Positions 18,843 through 29,637 of a stretch of 64,000 nt of DNA are shown piece after piece; the first letter of the stretch is position 1; each line of letters starts with the position of its first letter. The stretch is taken from positions 1 through 64,000 of the IMG/VR virus record IMGVR_UViG_3300046455_000477; one strand, 5' to 3'. The position numbers and the translations under genes are program-made. The notes below the pieces were generated by a model. The model searched no databases. It saw nothing but the letters and a program-made list of their open reading frames with translations, and had not been told where the DNA came from. The DNA comes from a virus.

Positions 18843-19505
18843 ATGCAGGAGCCACCGTTCCCTCCCCCCGGTCAAACGAGCATCTGCTCGATCATTCCGT
18901 CGTACTTGTACGAGCAATACTTTGATGACGAGGACCTCCAGGCGTTCATCACGACCTACAATCAGATGGCCCAGCTGGAGGCCTCCTGGTTCTGCGACAT
19001 AAACCTACCGATCTATACTCAACCCCAGATAGCCGGTGATCTACTTGACTGGGTGGCGGAGGGAATCTATGGTTTTCCCAGACCGACGCTCTCGTCCGGC
19101 GGCATCAACATCGTTGGTCCGCTTAACACCTGGATGCTGAATACCGTCGGCATGACCCTGAACACCTCCATCTTGATCGGCGCTGTCACGTCGTTCGCGA
19201 CGACAGACGACATCTACAAGCGGTTGCTGACCTTCCTGTTCTACAAAGGCGATGGTTTCCAATACACGATCAGTTGGTTGAAGCGCCGCATGATGCGGTT
19301 CCTGACCGGTCCCTTTGGCATCGACCCGCCGATCGCCAACACCGTTCCGATCAGCGTCGTGATAGAGGAGGACGATCACGTCCTGATAACGATCACGGTT
19401 GGTGGTGCGATAGCGCAAGACATCGCGGAGATTCTGCAAGCCGCCATGCAATCGGCCTGGCTTGGCATGCCGTTTCAGTATCACTTTACGATCAACTTAG
19501 CGTAG
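18843..19505 (+). CDS. Baseplate wedge protein (DUF2612/gpI-like)
   Basis: LLDWVAEGIYG.PR and DDIYKRLL motifs, following J. Confidence 0.65.
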   Translation: MQEPPFPPPGQTSICSIIPSYLYEQYFDDEDLQAFITTYNQMAQLEASWFCDINLPIYTQPQIAGDLLDWVAEGIYGFPRPTLSSGGINIVGPLNTWMLNTVGMTLNTSILIGAVTSFATTDDIYKRLLTFLFYKGDGFQYTISWLKRRMMRFLTGPFGIDPPIANTVPISVVIEEDDHVLITITVGGAIAQDIAEILQAAMQSAWLGMPFQYHFTINLA

Positions 19506-19517
19506 GAACCCCGGCTC

Positions 19518-20897
19518 GTGGTAGAAATCCTGTTTAGGAACAATGCTGGCACGACTCTGGCGCTGCCGGTCAGCAGTAGTCAGACAACCGTGACGCTCGT
19601 GGCGGGTTCCGGGGCACTGTTTCCGTCGCCAACAGGGGGCGACTTTTTCACGCTAACCCTAAGCATCGCAAGCGGGGCGCAGCGTGAGATAACCTTCTGC
19701 ACCGCCAGATCGGGTGACATCTGCACAGTTCTGCGCGGTCAGGAGGGAACGACGGCGCAGGCATGGAACGCTGGGGATCTGGCGCAGAACCTGGCGACGG
19801 CCCGCGCGTTCCACGAGCTATACACCGAGCAGGTCGGCGGCGTCCTGTCTGGTCGCCTGCCGAACCCAGGCATGTCGGCTGGATCAGCAGCGGCTAATCT
19901 TGGTGCGGCTGGCGGCGACCTGACCGGCACCTATCCAAATCCTTTGTTTAACCTTGGCCTGACGCATGCCTGGACGGTTCGTCAGAGCTTTAATGGCAAT
20001 CTGCTTGTTCCTAACAATGTCGCCATTTATTCAGCGAATGCCGCGGGAGTGGAACAAGTTCTGATTCAGCGAACCATTAGCGACTCGGTGGATATCGCTG
20101 GTGGATCCACAGGTTTTCGTGTTGTTAATCTTGCATATAATCTTGTAAATCTACTTGTTTCTGATGGTGGTGCTCTATATCCTCGTAATGCTATTGTGTT
20201 GAATAATAATACGGCTTTGATGGGTAACGATACTTCTGGCAATGCTCATAATCTGATATTTATGGGTGGTGACAACAGAACAAGAGTCATAGGTGGTGCT
20301 TCCGGATTAACTCTGGTGAATTTTGCACAAAATACGGATAACGTGACGGTTTCGGACGCTGGTGTGATCAACACTCGCAGCAGTATTTCAGCTGGAGCAA
20401 ATATGTATGCGGCGACATATATGGCGTGTGGAACATATATGCAGTCAACAACATATATCACAGCTGGAACAGGGATTGACGCCGGAACATATGTCACAGC
20501 CAATAACGGCAATGTCACGGCCATTAATGGACGTCTGCGCGCCTCACTTGGAGCTAGTGGTGGGGATGCGCAGACGGCGCCTATTATGGCAGAATTTACG
20601 AATTATCTTGGTGGCTTTGGCTATCAGAAGCTACCGACCGGTTGTATTATTCAGTGGGGTAGTGGTGTCACGACCAATGGACAATACGTTGGGTTTCCCA
20701 TTACTTTCCCTAACTCACTTCTGGCTATTACCATTTGCGAGAATGCCGCGCAGGGTGGTTGGGGAGGTGGCGTCGCGACTCTTCACGCGGTTGGGTATCA
20801 GGGTCAGTCCGGTTTCTACCATTACACGCTTTCCTGGAATGGTGTTGGTTGGACCGATGGCGCGACCAGTTACTCGTTCATTGCGGTTGGATACTGA
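19518..20897 (+). CDS. Tail fibre protein with gp53-like C-terminal domain
   Basis: C-terminal GYQKLPTGCIIQWG...FPITFPN...FIAVGY motif. Confidence 0.75.
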   Translation: MVEILFRNNAGTTLALPVSSSQTTVTLVAGSGALFPSPTGGDFFTLTLSIASGAQREITFCTARSGDICTVLRGQEGTTAQAWNAGDLAQNLATARAFHELYTEQVGGVLSGRLPNPGMSAGSAAANLGAAGGDLTGTYPNPLFNLGLTHAWTVRQSFNGNLLVPNNVAIYSANAAGVEQVLIQRTISDSVDIAGGSTGFRVVNLAYNLVNLLVSDGGALYPRNAIVLNNNTALMGNDTSGNAHNLIFMGGDNRTRVIGGASGLTLVNFAQNTDNVTVSDAGVINTRSSISAGANMYAATYMACGTYMQSTTYITAGTGIDAGTYVTANNGNVTAINGRLRASLGASGGDAQTAPIMAEFTNYLGGFGYQKLPTGCIIQWGSGVTTNGQYVGFPITFPNSLLAITICENAAQGGWGGGVATLHAVGYQGQSGFYHYTLSWNGVGWTDGATSYSFIAVGY

Positions 20898-20898
20898 C

Positions 20899-21507
20899 AT
20901 GCCAAAGTATGCGCTCTACGATCCGACGGTTAGTCCGCCAGCTCCGGTGATGGGCTGGTATGATACCGACGAGCTGACTTATCCCAATCTTCCATCATCT
21001 GATCAATTGCTTGAGCTGACTGACGAGGAGTGGGACGCGCACATGGATGGTAGTCTCTGGGCAGTCGAGGCCGATGCGCTGGTTCCATACGATCCGCCGA
21101 TACCTCCGGCTTTGCAGGCGTCCATGGAATACACGACGCGTGTCAACAATGGAATGACAATTGTCTGCACTTTTAATCCATTGCTTGATGCTGTCTACAG
21201 CATGCTGAGCCCTGATTTTATCAAGGCCGGAGCTATTGCGCGCGACGTCGCCGCTGGTCTTGGTTTCCCAGGTGCGCCAATGATCTTTGTGCGGACCATA
21301 CCAGACGCGCCTGAGCAAGCGGCGGCACCGCCAGTCCCGACCTTTGATTATCCGGATATCGACGGCAATATGCATACTTTCACGACGACTCAGTTCACCG
21401 ACTTCTACCGCGCGATGCGCGACCTACTGCATGAAATGCAGATACAGACCGACGTCATGGCGGCGGGCGGGACGCCGGTCTGGCCCAGCCAGACCATGGC
21501 TATCTAG
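20899..21507 (+). CDS. Tail fibre assembly protein
   Basis: ATG just after the fibre stop; GWYDTD N-terminus and C-terminal WP motif. Confidence 0.6.
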   Translation: MPKYALYDPTVSPPAPVMGWYDTDELTYPNLPSSDQLLELTDEEWDAHMDGSLWAVEADALVPYDPPIPPALQASMEYTTRVNNGMTIVCTFNPLLDAVYSMLSPDFIKAGAIARDVAAGLGFPGAPMIFVRTIPDAPEQAAAPPVPTFDYPDIDGNMHTFTTTQFTDFYRAMRDLLHEMQIQTDVMAAGGTPVWPSQTMAI

Positions 21508-21510
21508 CCA

Positions 21511-21603
21511 CCTCCTGCATCGGGGCTACGCGACCCCAGGTATGCGAACCGATAGTAGCGTGGAGCCCCCCGGTCGGGCGTCGTGTAGCCCCGACGCAAG
21601 GGG
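21511..21603. repeat. ~100-bp inverted-repeat element (copy B)
   Basis: CCTCCTGCATCGGGGCTACGCGAC (21511-21534) versus GTCGTGTAGCCCCGACGCAAGGGG (21580-21603), 4 differences; same family as 7514-7613. Confidence 0.85.
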
Positions 21604-21625
21604 CTGCGGTCACAAGGAGAGTATC

Positions 21626-22099
21626 GTGTCAGCGACAGTGGACCCCTATGACATCGCACCCGGCGAGCTCATCACGTCGGAGGACATTTCCACCATAGAC
21701 GTGATCGCGCGGGCGGCGCTCCCCCGAGCGGGGGGTGAGGTCTACGGACCCATCTACGGAACCGGCGATGATCCGGTCAGGCTTAACGAGCTGGTTGATA
21801 AGCACTACGTTGATCAGAACACGGTCAATTCGTTTAACGGCAGGACCGGGGACGTTGTCCTGGAGGAGGGCGATGTCAGCGAGGTCCTGGTCCTGCCCAT
21901 CGCGACCACGACCATTCTGGGCGCCATCAAGCCAGATGGCGTGTCGGTATCAGTCACGCCGACGGGCGTTCTCAGCATGAATCCCGCCATCCAGATTCCA
22001 GACGCACCAATCGACGTTCACACCTATGGTCGCAAGGACGCGGCCTGGCATCAGGTCATCGCCGCCAGCGGTGATGTTGTAGACGGAGGCAATTTCTGA
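21626..22099 (+). CDS. Fibre-associated/adaptor protein
   Basis: GTG with AAGGAG RBS; VNSFNGRTGDV, PIATTTILGAIK and PDAP....YGRK motifs; ends DGGNF. Confidence 0.65.
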   Translation: MSATVDPYDIAPGELITSEDISTIDVIARAALPRAGGEVYGPIYGTGDDPVRLNELVDKHYVDQNTVNSFNGRTGDVVLEEGDVSEVLVLPIATTTILGAIKPDGVSVSVTPTGVLSMNPAIQIPDAPIDVHTYGRKDAAWHQVIAASGDVVDGGNF

Positions 22100-23658
22100 T
22101 GGCCGATATCCTTCGGATCAAGCGGCGCGTCAGCGGGGCGATCGGTGCTCCGGCATCGTTGGCGAACGCCGAGCTCTCCTATAACGAGGTCGATCACATT
22201 CTCTACTATGGGGAAGGAACTGGTGGCGCCGGGGGGACGGCCTCGGTCATCTCCGCCATCGCTGGTCAGGGGCTTGCCTATACGTCCAATCCAGCCATGA
22301 ACGGTCCGCCTAACCCCGGCACGCAGGGGTTATGGTCCAAGGGCGATCATGTTCATCCAAGGGACACGAGCAAGGCAGATCTAAACAATCCATCGTTCAC
22401 AGGGACTGTAACGATCAATGGCCCGATAACCGGCGCGGGGATGGTGGCCTGGTCAGCCTCGCCTGGCCCGATCGGCAGCACCTCCGCGTCGTCTGGGGCG
22501 TTCACGACCCTGTCGGCTTCCGGCGCTGTCTCCGGAACAGGCTTCACGAACTATCTTGCCTCTCCTCCACCTATCGGTAGTACTCTGGCATCAACCGGGG
22601 CGTTTACCAACTTGTCGGTCACTGGCACGCTGGCTGGTCCCGGGGTCACAGCCGCCCTGGCCGGTTATGCCTTGATCAACAGTCAGGTCTTTACCGGCAC
22701 GCCGTCCCTACCCACCGGGACGATTGGCGTTACACAGGCAAACACCGTTAATAACACGACGTTGGCGACAACCGCTTACGTCAGATCGGTTCGCCTTGAT
22801 CAGTTATCGCAGCCAACCGCTGCCGTTACGTTCAACAGTCAGTTTATCACCAATCTTCAGGATCCCCTGAACGACCAGGACGCGGCGACGAAGAAGTATG
22901 TTGACCAGAACGCCGCGGGTCTGAAGACCAAGGTCGCCGTCGCGGTCGCGACGACCGCCAACCTGTCCACCTTCACCTATCCAACGACTCAGCCCGTGAT
23001 CGACGGCTATCAGGTCGCGGTCAATGATCGCATTTTGATAAAGGACCAGGCATCACAGCAGAACAACGGCATCTACGTCGCGGTTGCTGGCACGTGGGCG
23101 CGCTCGCTTGATATGGACACCTGGGCGGAGGTCCCGCAGGCCTACGTCTTTGTCGTTAATGGCGCGGTCAATTCCTCGAGCGCGTGGGTCTGTAACTCCG
23201 CTGTCGGTGGAACGCTTGGTTCGACCGCCATCACTTGGGTGCAGTTTAGTCAGCAGGCCTCGGTGACCGCTGGCGCCGGTCTGACCAGAACCGGCAATCA
23301 GTTTGACGTGATCGGAACGACGGCGCGCATTGCTGTGTTTGCCGACAGCATCGATATCGACAGCAACTACGTCGGCCAGGCGTCTATCACGACGCTAGGC
23401 GCCATCACGACGGGGACGTGGAACGGTAGCACGATCGCCATTGCCCGAGGCGGGACGGGGTCAACAGCCATCGCCAGCGGCTACGTGCTTTCCAACGGGG
23501 CGGCGCTCGTTTCGCAGACAACCATCCCCAACACGGTGATCACCGGCCTCGGCACGATGTCAACGCAGAACGCCAGCAATGTTGTGATAACTGGGGGGAC
23601 CATAGGGACGGGCGGCATCAGCACTCCCGGCATAACGATAGACCTTGGGACATTCTGA
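22099..23658 (+). CDS. Tail fibre protein
   Basis: LRIKRR...AELSYNE N-terminus; DAATKKYVD motif; ends IDLGTF. Confidence 0.7.
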   Translation: MADILRIKRRVSGAIGAPASLANAELSYNEVDHILYYGEGTGGAGGTASVISAIAGQGLAYTSNPAMNGPPNPGTQGLWSKGDHVHPRDTSKADLNNPSFTGTVTINGPITGAGMVAWSASPGPIGSTSASSGAFTTLSASGAVSGTGFTNYLASPPPIGSTLASTGAFTNLSVTGTLAGPGVTAALAGYALINSQVFTGTPSLPTGTIGVTQANTVNNTTLATTAYVRSVRLDQLSQPTAAVTFNSQFITNLQDPLNDQDAATKKYVDQNAAGLKTKVAVAVATTANLSTFTYPTTQPVIDGYQVAVNDRILIKDQASQQNNGIYVAVAGTWARSLDMDTWAEVPQAYVFVVNGAVNSSSAWVCNSAVGGTLGSTAITWVQFSQQASVTAGAGLTRTGNQFDVIGTTARIAVFADSIDIDSNYVGQASITTLGAITTGTWNGSTIAIARGGTGSTAIASGYVLSNGAALVSQTTIPNTVITGLGTMSTQNASNVVITGGTIGTGGISTPGITIDLGTF

Positions 23659-26600
23659 ATGGTTGACGTCCTACGAGTCAGGAGAAGAGCCGCCGGAGGT
23701 GCGGCCGGGTCGCCGACATCGTTGGCGGCGTCCGAGATCGCGTTCAACGAGGCAGACAATACGCTCTACTACGGACGCGGCAACAACGGTGCCAATCAGG
23801 CGCAGACCATAATCCCGATCGCTGGTCCAGGCTCCTTTTTGCCTTTATCAGGTGGACAACTGAGCAACGGTCTGGGCTTCGGTGCCGCGACAGCGGCCAG
23901 CAACGTCGATCTCACGCGGCACGTCAACCTGTTCGATGGTGGCGGGGCCAATCGCTTTGGCTTCAACGTCTCCTATGACGGCGTCAACGCGCACCTTAAC
24001 TATGTCGTGACAGAGACAAGTCACAGTTATCACACCTTCGTTGTCGGTGCCGCTAACATCACGACGATAGGTCCGGCCGGTTTGGCCATGGTTGGCGCGA
24101 CTGACATCACGCTTACGCGTGATCCGCAGACGGCGCTGCACGCTGTCTGGCGGCAGTATCTCGACAACAACTACAGCAACAACACGCAGGGCGATGTGCG
24201 CTGGGTGAACGTCGGCGGCGACGAGATGACCGGACAACTCGTTGTCAGCAACACGCTGTTTGCCAATGGCAACTTTTTATTCAACTTCCGCAACAGCGGC
24301 AACCCGTGGCCTGTCGGCGGGTATGGCGCTTTGGGATGGAACGTCAACGGCGCGTGGGGTGAGGTTGATTTTGTCAACGCTTGTTCATGGGCACCCGCTG
24401 GTTTTGATTGGCTACAGGTTACCGGCGACGGAACCTGGAAATCGTTGATGAGCATTCGCAACGACGCCATCTTGCGTCTTTACGGAACTGGCATTGGCTA
24501 CAATGGTCTACCAAGCGGCGGTAATGCCGTGGGTTACACATGGGACGGAGGTTGGGTCACCGCCTATGTCGATGGCAGCTTGATTGGCAAGCTGACTACA
24601 TCGGATTTTATATCAAGCAACTACGCGCCAATCGTGAGTGGCGGCTACCTCGCGCTCTCCGGCGGCTATATGACCGGCGTTATCAACTTCAACAACAGCG
24701 GAAACAATAACTACATAGGTCAGGGTAACGATGGTGTCGGCGCGGTCAACAACAACATCAAGATATCGTCGTGGTGGGGTGTTGGCTTTTACAATAACGT
24801 CGGCGCTGGTAGCGTGCCCGCCGGTCAGGCTGGTATCTATTTCGATTGCCGAAATGGTGTTGGATACTTCACCGGGCTTAATGTTACCGGCGACGCCGTC
24901 ACGCATAATATCTATCACGATGGCAGCGTCGGGATTATGTATCGCGGCGTTGGCGGTGCCAACTGGTACGGGTTTAAGTATGATAACGCCGATGGTACGC
25001 ATGTCATTATCGATGCGACGGATCACGGGGCGCTCGCTTTTCGAAGCTGGGTAAGCGCGAATTATGCGCCGATAACCAGTGGAAGTTATGTCGCCAAGGG
25101 CGGCGATGTCATGACCGGTCGGCTTACGATCAATGCTGCTACACCGCCATGGGGCGCGTTTAATTTCGGATCACAGTTGGTCATCACCGGACCTCAGAAC
25201 AATTCCATTGCGATCTTTGATAATTCAAATGCCAACGGTATCGGGATAACCAATGCAGCGGGGACTTTGGTGATTGCTGGAATGCCAGCGTTAACTGACA
25301 GTGCTACGGCTCCGGTTGATCGTTTTAGATTGACGGCATCGCTGGCAACGTTCAGCACGCCAGTTCAGATAAACTACACACCAACCGATACGACCGCGCA
25401 ACTCTGGCTGCGTCCTACAGGCGGCTTTCTCGGTAAAAGCATCATCCGTTTTGGCGGAACATTCGCCCCTGAGACAGGCGATGGTGGTCCACGATATGTC
25501 GCTTCAATTCGTGCCGGGTTTGCCAGCAACGCATGGGGTTATGAGAACCTAGATATTTGGCTGAGCAACACAGCCAACGATGCGAACTCAGACGCCGGTC
25601 AGGCTCGCGCCGTGCGCTTCACGCTGGGCCAGACAACGATAGACACGCCGGTCACCATCAACCGAAATCTGGCGGTTTTGGCTACGTCTGGCAACGACCC
25701 GATGTATATCCGTGTCCCAAACGGACAATGGGCGCGCTATTTTAGTGAAGTTCAGGGAACGCGAACCTGGGCGGCTGGCACACGCAACGATGGCGTCTAT
25801 GTAATCAGCGATGAGAACGCGCCAGCGATCCGTTTTCATATCGACCTGTCCGGCAACGCGGCTTTCTATCAAGGTTTGTCTGTAACAAACAGTCTGAACG
25901 TGACCGGCGGCATAAATCTCGTCAATGCTGCGTCGACCAACCCGCAGGATATGTCGCGCGGCATCACGTTCTGGGGGGCACCTACCAGCGGCTATGGACT
26001 TGTCGTTACCGACAGCACGATGAACTACAACGTGTTTTTATCCAATAATAAACATGATTTCTATGCTGCTGGCAACTTGTTGTTTCGCATACAAGGTGGC
26101 GACTGGGTCACCTCCAATTTGCCAATGAGAACCACCAGCAGCATGGAGGTGCAAGGCAACGCAGACGTATGGGGCTATTTTCGCGCGGGCGGCAATCACA
26201 CAGCCGCTCTCGCCGCCGCCGCGAATAACTGGGGCGGTCTGATCACGAATAACATCACGCAGGGTCAGGGAGAAACGGACTTCGTCAATTTTTGGTACCC
26301 CTACGGCGGGTTCCGCTGGTATCAGAAAGACACCGCTGGCGCCACGACGCTCAGAACCCTCATGCAATTGCAACCGAACGGTAATCTGGGACTTGGGGGC
26401 GCTGGAATTTACTACACTGTCGCGACCGGCGGCAACGCGATTGGTTTTGGTTTCGCATCTGACGGAACGGCCAATCGCGTCAAGCTGTACGTGGACAACA
26501 CCGACCAGGGTTTCCTGGCCACGACCGCGTTCACGGATGGCGCTTATCTTAAACTCACGGGTGGTTCCGTAACCGGTCACACTGACTTCTCACCTGACGT

Positions 26601-29052
26601 TAACTTCATAAACGGCAGTTCGGTTCTCAATATCAATGCCAGTTTCGCGGGCGGTTGGAACGGAATTGTTACAACTGGCGATGCCACCATCTTTGAACGG
26701 CGAGATGCACCAGATACAGGCGCGCTCACGCTCATGACGTGGAGCAGTTCACCGTTAGGCATTCGCATCGATGGCGCGGCGCATACCATCCGCATGGATG
26801 CGGTCAGTGGCGTCAATGTCAATGCGCCAGTGAAGATCGTGAAGGCCGGGGATGGGTTCCCGCTGATCGTCAGTGGAAACACACGGGGCGTGCGCTTTCT
26901 GGTTGACGCGACTCAGATGAACATAGAGGGGGTGGATCAAACCGGGATCACGACATATCAGCCGCTGGGCCTGGGAGGGTCGAGGATCAATCTTAACGCG
27001 GTCGTCTACGGGTTGAACGCGGGCGACCGTGCGACATTCCAGACCGGCATCTATATGAACAACAACGTGGCGTCGGGGCCAACCGATCTGTCACACGGCA
27101 TCGACATGTATGGCGGCGGCTACGGTTTCTCCATCACGGGCGGCACGCTGAACATCGTCGCGGGCGGCGCGACGAACTTTTATCCGAATGGTGCCTTTGT
27201 CTCTTGGATCAACAACGCTGGCATGGGCTTCGTAACTGGAAAAGTCCTTACGCTGGGTCGCGATCCGATCGACCCGATGGAAGCCGTGACGAGACAGTTC
27301 TTCGATTATCGTCAGTTATATTACAACGTTAAACACTATGGAGCCGTCGACCGGGTCGAGACCGGCAACGCGACAAACGACAATGCGACCGCGGTCCAGA
27401 ATACAGATGCGATCAATAGTACCGTTACCGCTGTGCGAAACGCGGGCGGCGGCACGGTGTTCTTTCCCGCTGGCACGTATCTCACAAGCGGCACGATTGC
27501 TCTTTATCCTGGCGTGTCGGTCATGGGTGTCGGGACAGCATCGATCATCAAACCGCGCACGTCCATGTGGACGTTTGCGTATTTGTTCGGGGCAGACACC
27601 GATGTGAGTGCCAGCGTAAGCAATCTCAAAATTGCTCCGGCTGCTGGGATGTGCGTTGGCGTTATTGGTCAGTTTGCCAACCTTCTGAAAATTCACGACG
27701 TTACGTTCGAGGGCACGAATAGTTACTCGATCTATTTGGATCGTTGCGGCAACTACGTCATCGAGGATTGCTTCGTTACATCGAGCCTGAGTTTTCCTGG
27801 TGGAAGCGTGACGTGCTGGGACTCTACCGGCGGTAATCACGGTGGAGGCGGCACGATCACGCGCGTCAGGTTCGTCCCGATGTCTGGTGCTCCGCATGGT
27901 GATTCTCCCTTTGGTCACAATGGTGCCTGCATCTATTTAGATGGGCAAGCCACCACCAATATAACTGAATGTTTTCTTATGTGGGGTGCTTATGGCGCTG
28001 GACCGATCACGTTTATCCTCCTGCAGGGAAACTGTCAGGGAAACATACTTCGGGATAATCTGTGTCTCGGTGTTTATTTCGGGATTCTCATTCAGCCGGG
28101 TGGTCCCAGCGGTATGATGCCGTCCTACATTTCAATGATCGATAATACGATAGACTCTTACGGTGGCATTGGGATTTTTATCGCTGCGAGCACAACTCAG
28201 AGTGGCAGAGACATGGTCATTCGCGGAGGCGCGATCACTCAGCCTGGAAGGCTGTGCACCTCGGTATCTCTTGGCAATCAGGGTTCTGGCTATTGGGTTG
28301 GTGATCTTCTGACCGGGCCAAATCCGCCATTCGAGGAGGAGGGGTCGGCGGTCATCATTCAGGTAACGACGATAGGAGGTAGCGGCAACGTCACGGGCAC
28401 CTCCATATATAACCAGGGTCTGTGTCAGACTTTCCCGACAACGGTGCCGGTCGCTTATACCGGTGGACACGGATCAGGCGCGACGTTCTATCCGAACTAC
28501 TCGGATGCTGGTGTCGGCGTCTGGATGAGAAATACGAACCGCTTTAATATCAGTGATGTCTATATGGAGACTTACGCTGGTCACCAACTTGGCTACGGAT
28601 TTTTTCTGCAGAACTCCACCAACGGCAACATGAGTCGTAATCAGGTCTATGACCATTATGACGCGATATGGATGTATGACAACAACGTCTATAATATCAT
28701 ATTTTCGCAGAACATACTGGTCGGTAATGCTCACGTTGATTTCGGCGGGTCAGTTCCGCAGTACTCCGTTGTTCAGGATAACATCGGTGTTCCGTGGCTT
28801 TCCGGCACACCTGCGCTACCCGCGACCGGCGCTTTCGCCGTCAACACCATGCCATACTCGCAACAGGTTTTCATCACGGGCGGCGTTATGTTTGGGATAG
28901 CCATCAGGTTCGGGGCACCTCCCGGCATCGGCATCCAACCGGCGGTCGGCGGTCAGTGGAACGAACCGATCATACTCACGCTGAGACCTGGTAACAGCAT
29001 AGCGGTGTCTTACACGACGGCTCCAACGTGGACCTGGATACCGATGCTGTGA
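23659..29052 (+). CDS. Large tail fibre/tailspike with C-terminal right-handed beta-helix (pectate-lyase-like depolymerase)
   Basis: 1797 aa; N-terminus paralogous to the 22099 protein; internal repeats; YNVKHYGA...GGGTVFFPAGTYL beta-helix entry motif. Confidence 0.75.
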   Translation: MVDVLRVRRRAAGGAAGSPTSLAASEIAFNEADNTLYYGRGNNGANQAQTIIPIAGPGSFLPLSGGQLSNGLGFGAATAASNVDLTRHVNLFDGGGANRFGFNVSYDGVNAHLNYVVTETSHSYHTFVVGAANITTIGPAGLAMVGATDITLTRDPQTALHAVWRQYLDNNYSNNTQGDVRWVNVGGDEMTGQLVVSNTLFANGNFLFNFRNSGNPWPVGGYGALGWNVNGAWGEVDFVNACSWAPAGFDWLQVTGDGTWKSLMSIRNDAILRLYGTGIGYNGLPSGGNAVGYTWDGGWVTAYVDGSLIGKLTTSDFISSNYAPIVSGGYLALSGGYMTGVINFNNSGNNNYIGQGNDGVGAVNNNIKISSWWGVGFYNNVGAGSVPAGQAGIYFDCRNGVGYFTGLNVTGDAVTHNIYHDGSVGIMYRGVGGANWYGFKYDNADGTHVIIDATDHGALAFRSWVSANYAPITSGSYVAKGGDVMTGRLTINAATPPWGAFNFGSQLVITGPQNNSIAIFDNSNANGIGITNAAGTLVIAGMPALTDSATAPVDRFRLTASLATFSTPVQINYTPTDTTAQLWLRPTGGFLGKSIIRFGGTFAPETGDGGPRYVASIRAGFASNAWGYENLDIWLSNTANDANSDAGQARAVRFTLGQTTIDTPVTINRNLAVLATSGNDPMYIRVPNGQWARYFSEVQGTRTWAAGTRNDGVYVISDENAPAIRFHIDLSGNAAFYQGLSVTNSLNVTGGINLVNAASTNPQDMSRGITFWGAPTSGYGLVVTDSTMNYNVFLSNNKHDFYAAGNLLFRIQGGDWVTSNLPMRTTSSMEVQGNADVWGYFRAGGNHTAALAAAANNWGGLITNNITQGQGETDFVNFWYPYGGFRWYQKDTAGATTLRTLMQLQPNGNLGLGGAGIYYTVATGGNAIGFGFASDGTANRVKLYVDNTDQGFLATTAFTDGAYLKLTGGSVTGHTDFSPDVNFINGSSVLNINASFAGGWNGIVTTGDATIFERRDAPDTGALTLMTWSSSPLGIRIDGAAHTIRMDAVSGVNVNAPVKIVKAGDGFPLIVSGNTRGVRFLVDATQMNIEGVDQTGITTYQPLGLGGSRINLNAVVYGLNAGDRATFQTGIYMNNNVASGPTDLSHGIDMYGGGYGFSITGGTLNIVAGGATNFYPNGAFVSWINNAGMGFVTGKVLTLGRDPIDPMEAVTRQFFDYRQLYYNVKHYGAVDRVETGNATNDNATAVQNTDAINSTVTAVRNAGGGTVFFPAGTYLTSGTIALYPGVSVMGVGTASIIKPRTSMWTFAYLFGADTDVSASVSNLKIAPAAGMCVGVIGQFANLLKIHDVTFEGTNSYSIYLDRCGNYVIEDCFVTSSLSFPGGSVTCWDSTGGNHGGGGTITRVRFVPMSGAPHGDSPFGHNGACIYLDGQATTNITECFLMWGAYGAGPITFILLQGNCQGNILRDNLCLGVYFGILIQPGGPSGMMPSYISMIDNTIDSYGGIGIFIAASTTQSGRDMVIRGGAITQPGRLCTSVSLGNQGSGYWVGDLLTGPNPPFEEEGSAVIIQVTTIGGSGNVTGTSIYNQGLCQTFPTTVPVAYTGGHGSGATFYPNYSDAGVGVWMRNTNRFNISDVYMETYAGHQLGYGFFLQNSTNGNMSRNQVYDHYDAIWMYDNNVYNIIFSQNILVGNAHVDFGGSVPQYSVVQDNIGVPWLSGTPALPATGAFAVNTMPYSQQVFITGGVMFGIAIRFGAPPGIGIQPAVGGQWNEPIILTLRPGNSIAVSYTTAPTWTWIPML

Positions 29053-29072
29053 GTAACGCGAGAGGACATACG

Positions 29073-29264
29073 ATGAATAATGAAGAGATCGTCAGGCGAC
29101 CGCGACCGGCGCGTCCGCCGCATCCCGTGGCTCCGATACCGATAAATCTGCCGCTGCCATCGACGCAATTGCCATCGTCGTCAGGCACGGCATCCATCGT
29201 GCATCCGACGTGGACACCACCGCCGATCCCAGACAGACCCCCGATAACAAGTGAAAAGGAGTAA
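29073..29264 (+). CDS. Small Pro-rich hypothetical protein
   Basis: GAGG RBS; fills the gap between neighbouring genes. Confidence 0.45.
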   Translation: MNNEEIVRRPRPARPPHPVAPIPINLPLPSTQLPSSSGTASIVHPTWTPPPIPDRPPITSEKE

Positions 29265-29269
29265 CCCGC

Positions 29270-29623
29270 ATGGCCGCGCTCATCATCCCGAACAGCACGA
29301 CCTTTGGTCAGATGACCAACAGCGTTGTAAGCCGCCTGGCTGGCCTTAACACGACTGTGCTGCGGCTCAGCGAGGCGGTGTCAACCGCGTCCGCCGGTTT
29401 CACTGGAACAGCTGGAACCGAGTTCGAGAGTCCGTCCGGCAGTATGGGAATGCCGTATCCGTCTGGTAATAATTTCGGCGTGCAACCTGACAGCACAACG
29501 CCCGGTGCGAACGGCACGGCATATGCCGATGCGGTCACCGCGCTTGCCGCGCAGTGGGCGACCTTCTGGGCGGCGGCGGCACCACTGATCAAGTCACTTG
29601 ATAACGGTCAGGCAGCAATGTAA
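29270..29623 (+). CDS. Hypothetical protein (tail accessory region)
   Basis: AAGGAG RBS; 117 aa. Confidence 0.6.
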   Translation: MAALIIPNSTTFGQMTNSVVSRLAGLNTTVLRLSEAVSTASAGFTGTAGTEFESPSGSMGMPYPSGNNFGVQPDSTTPGANGTAYADAVTALAAQWATFWAAAAPLIKSLDNGQAAM

Positions 29624-29637
29624 TCAGGGTGGTCGTC

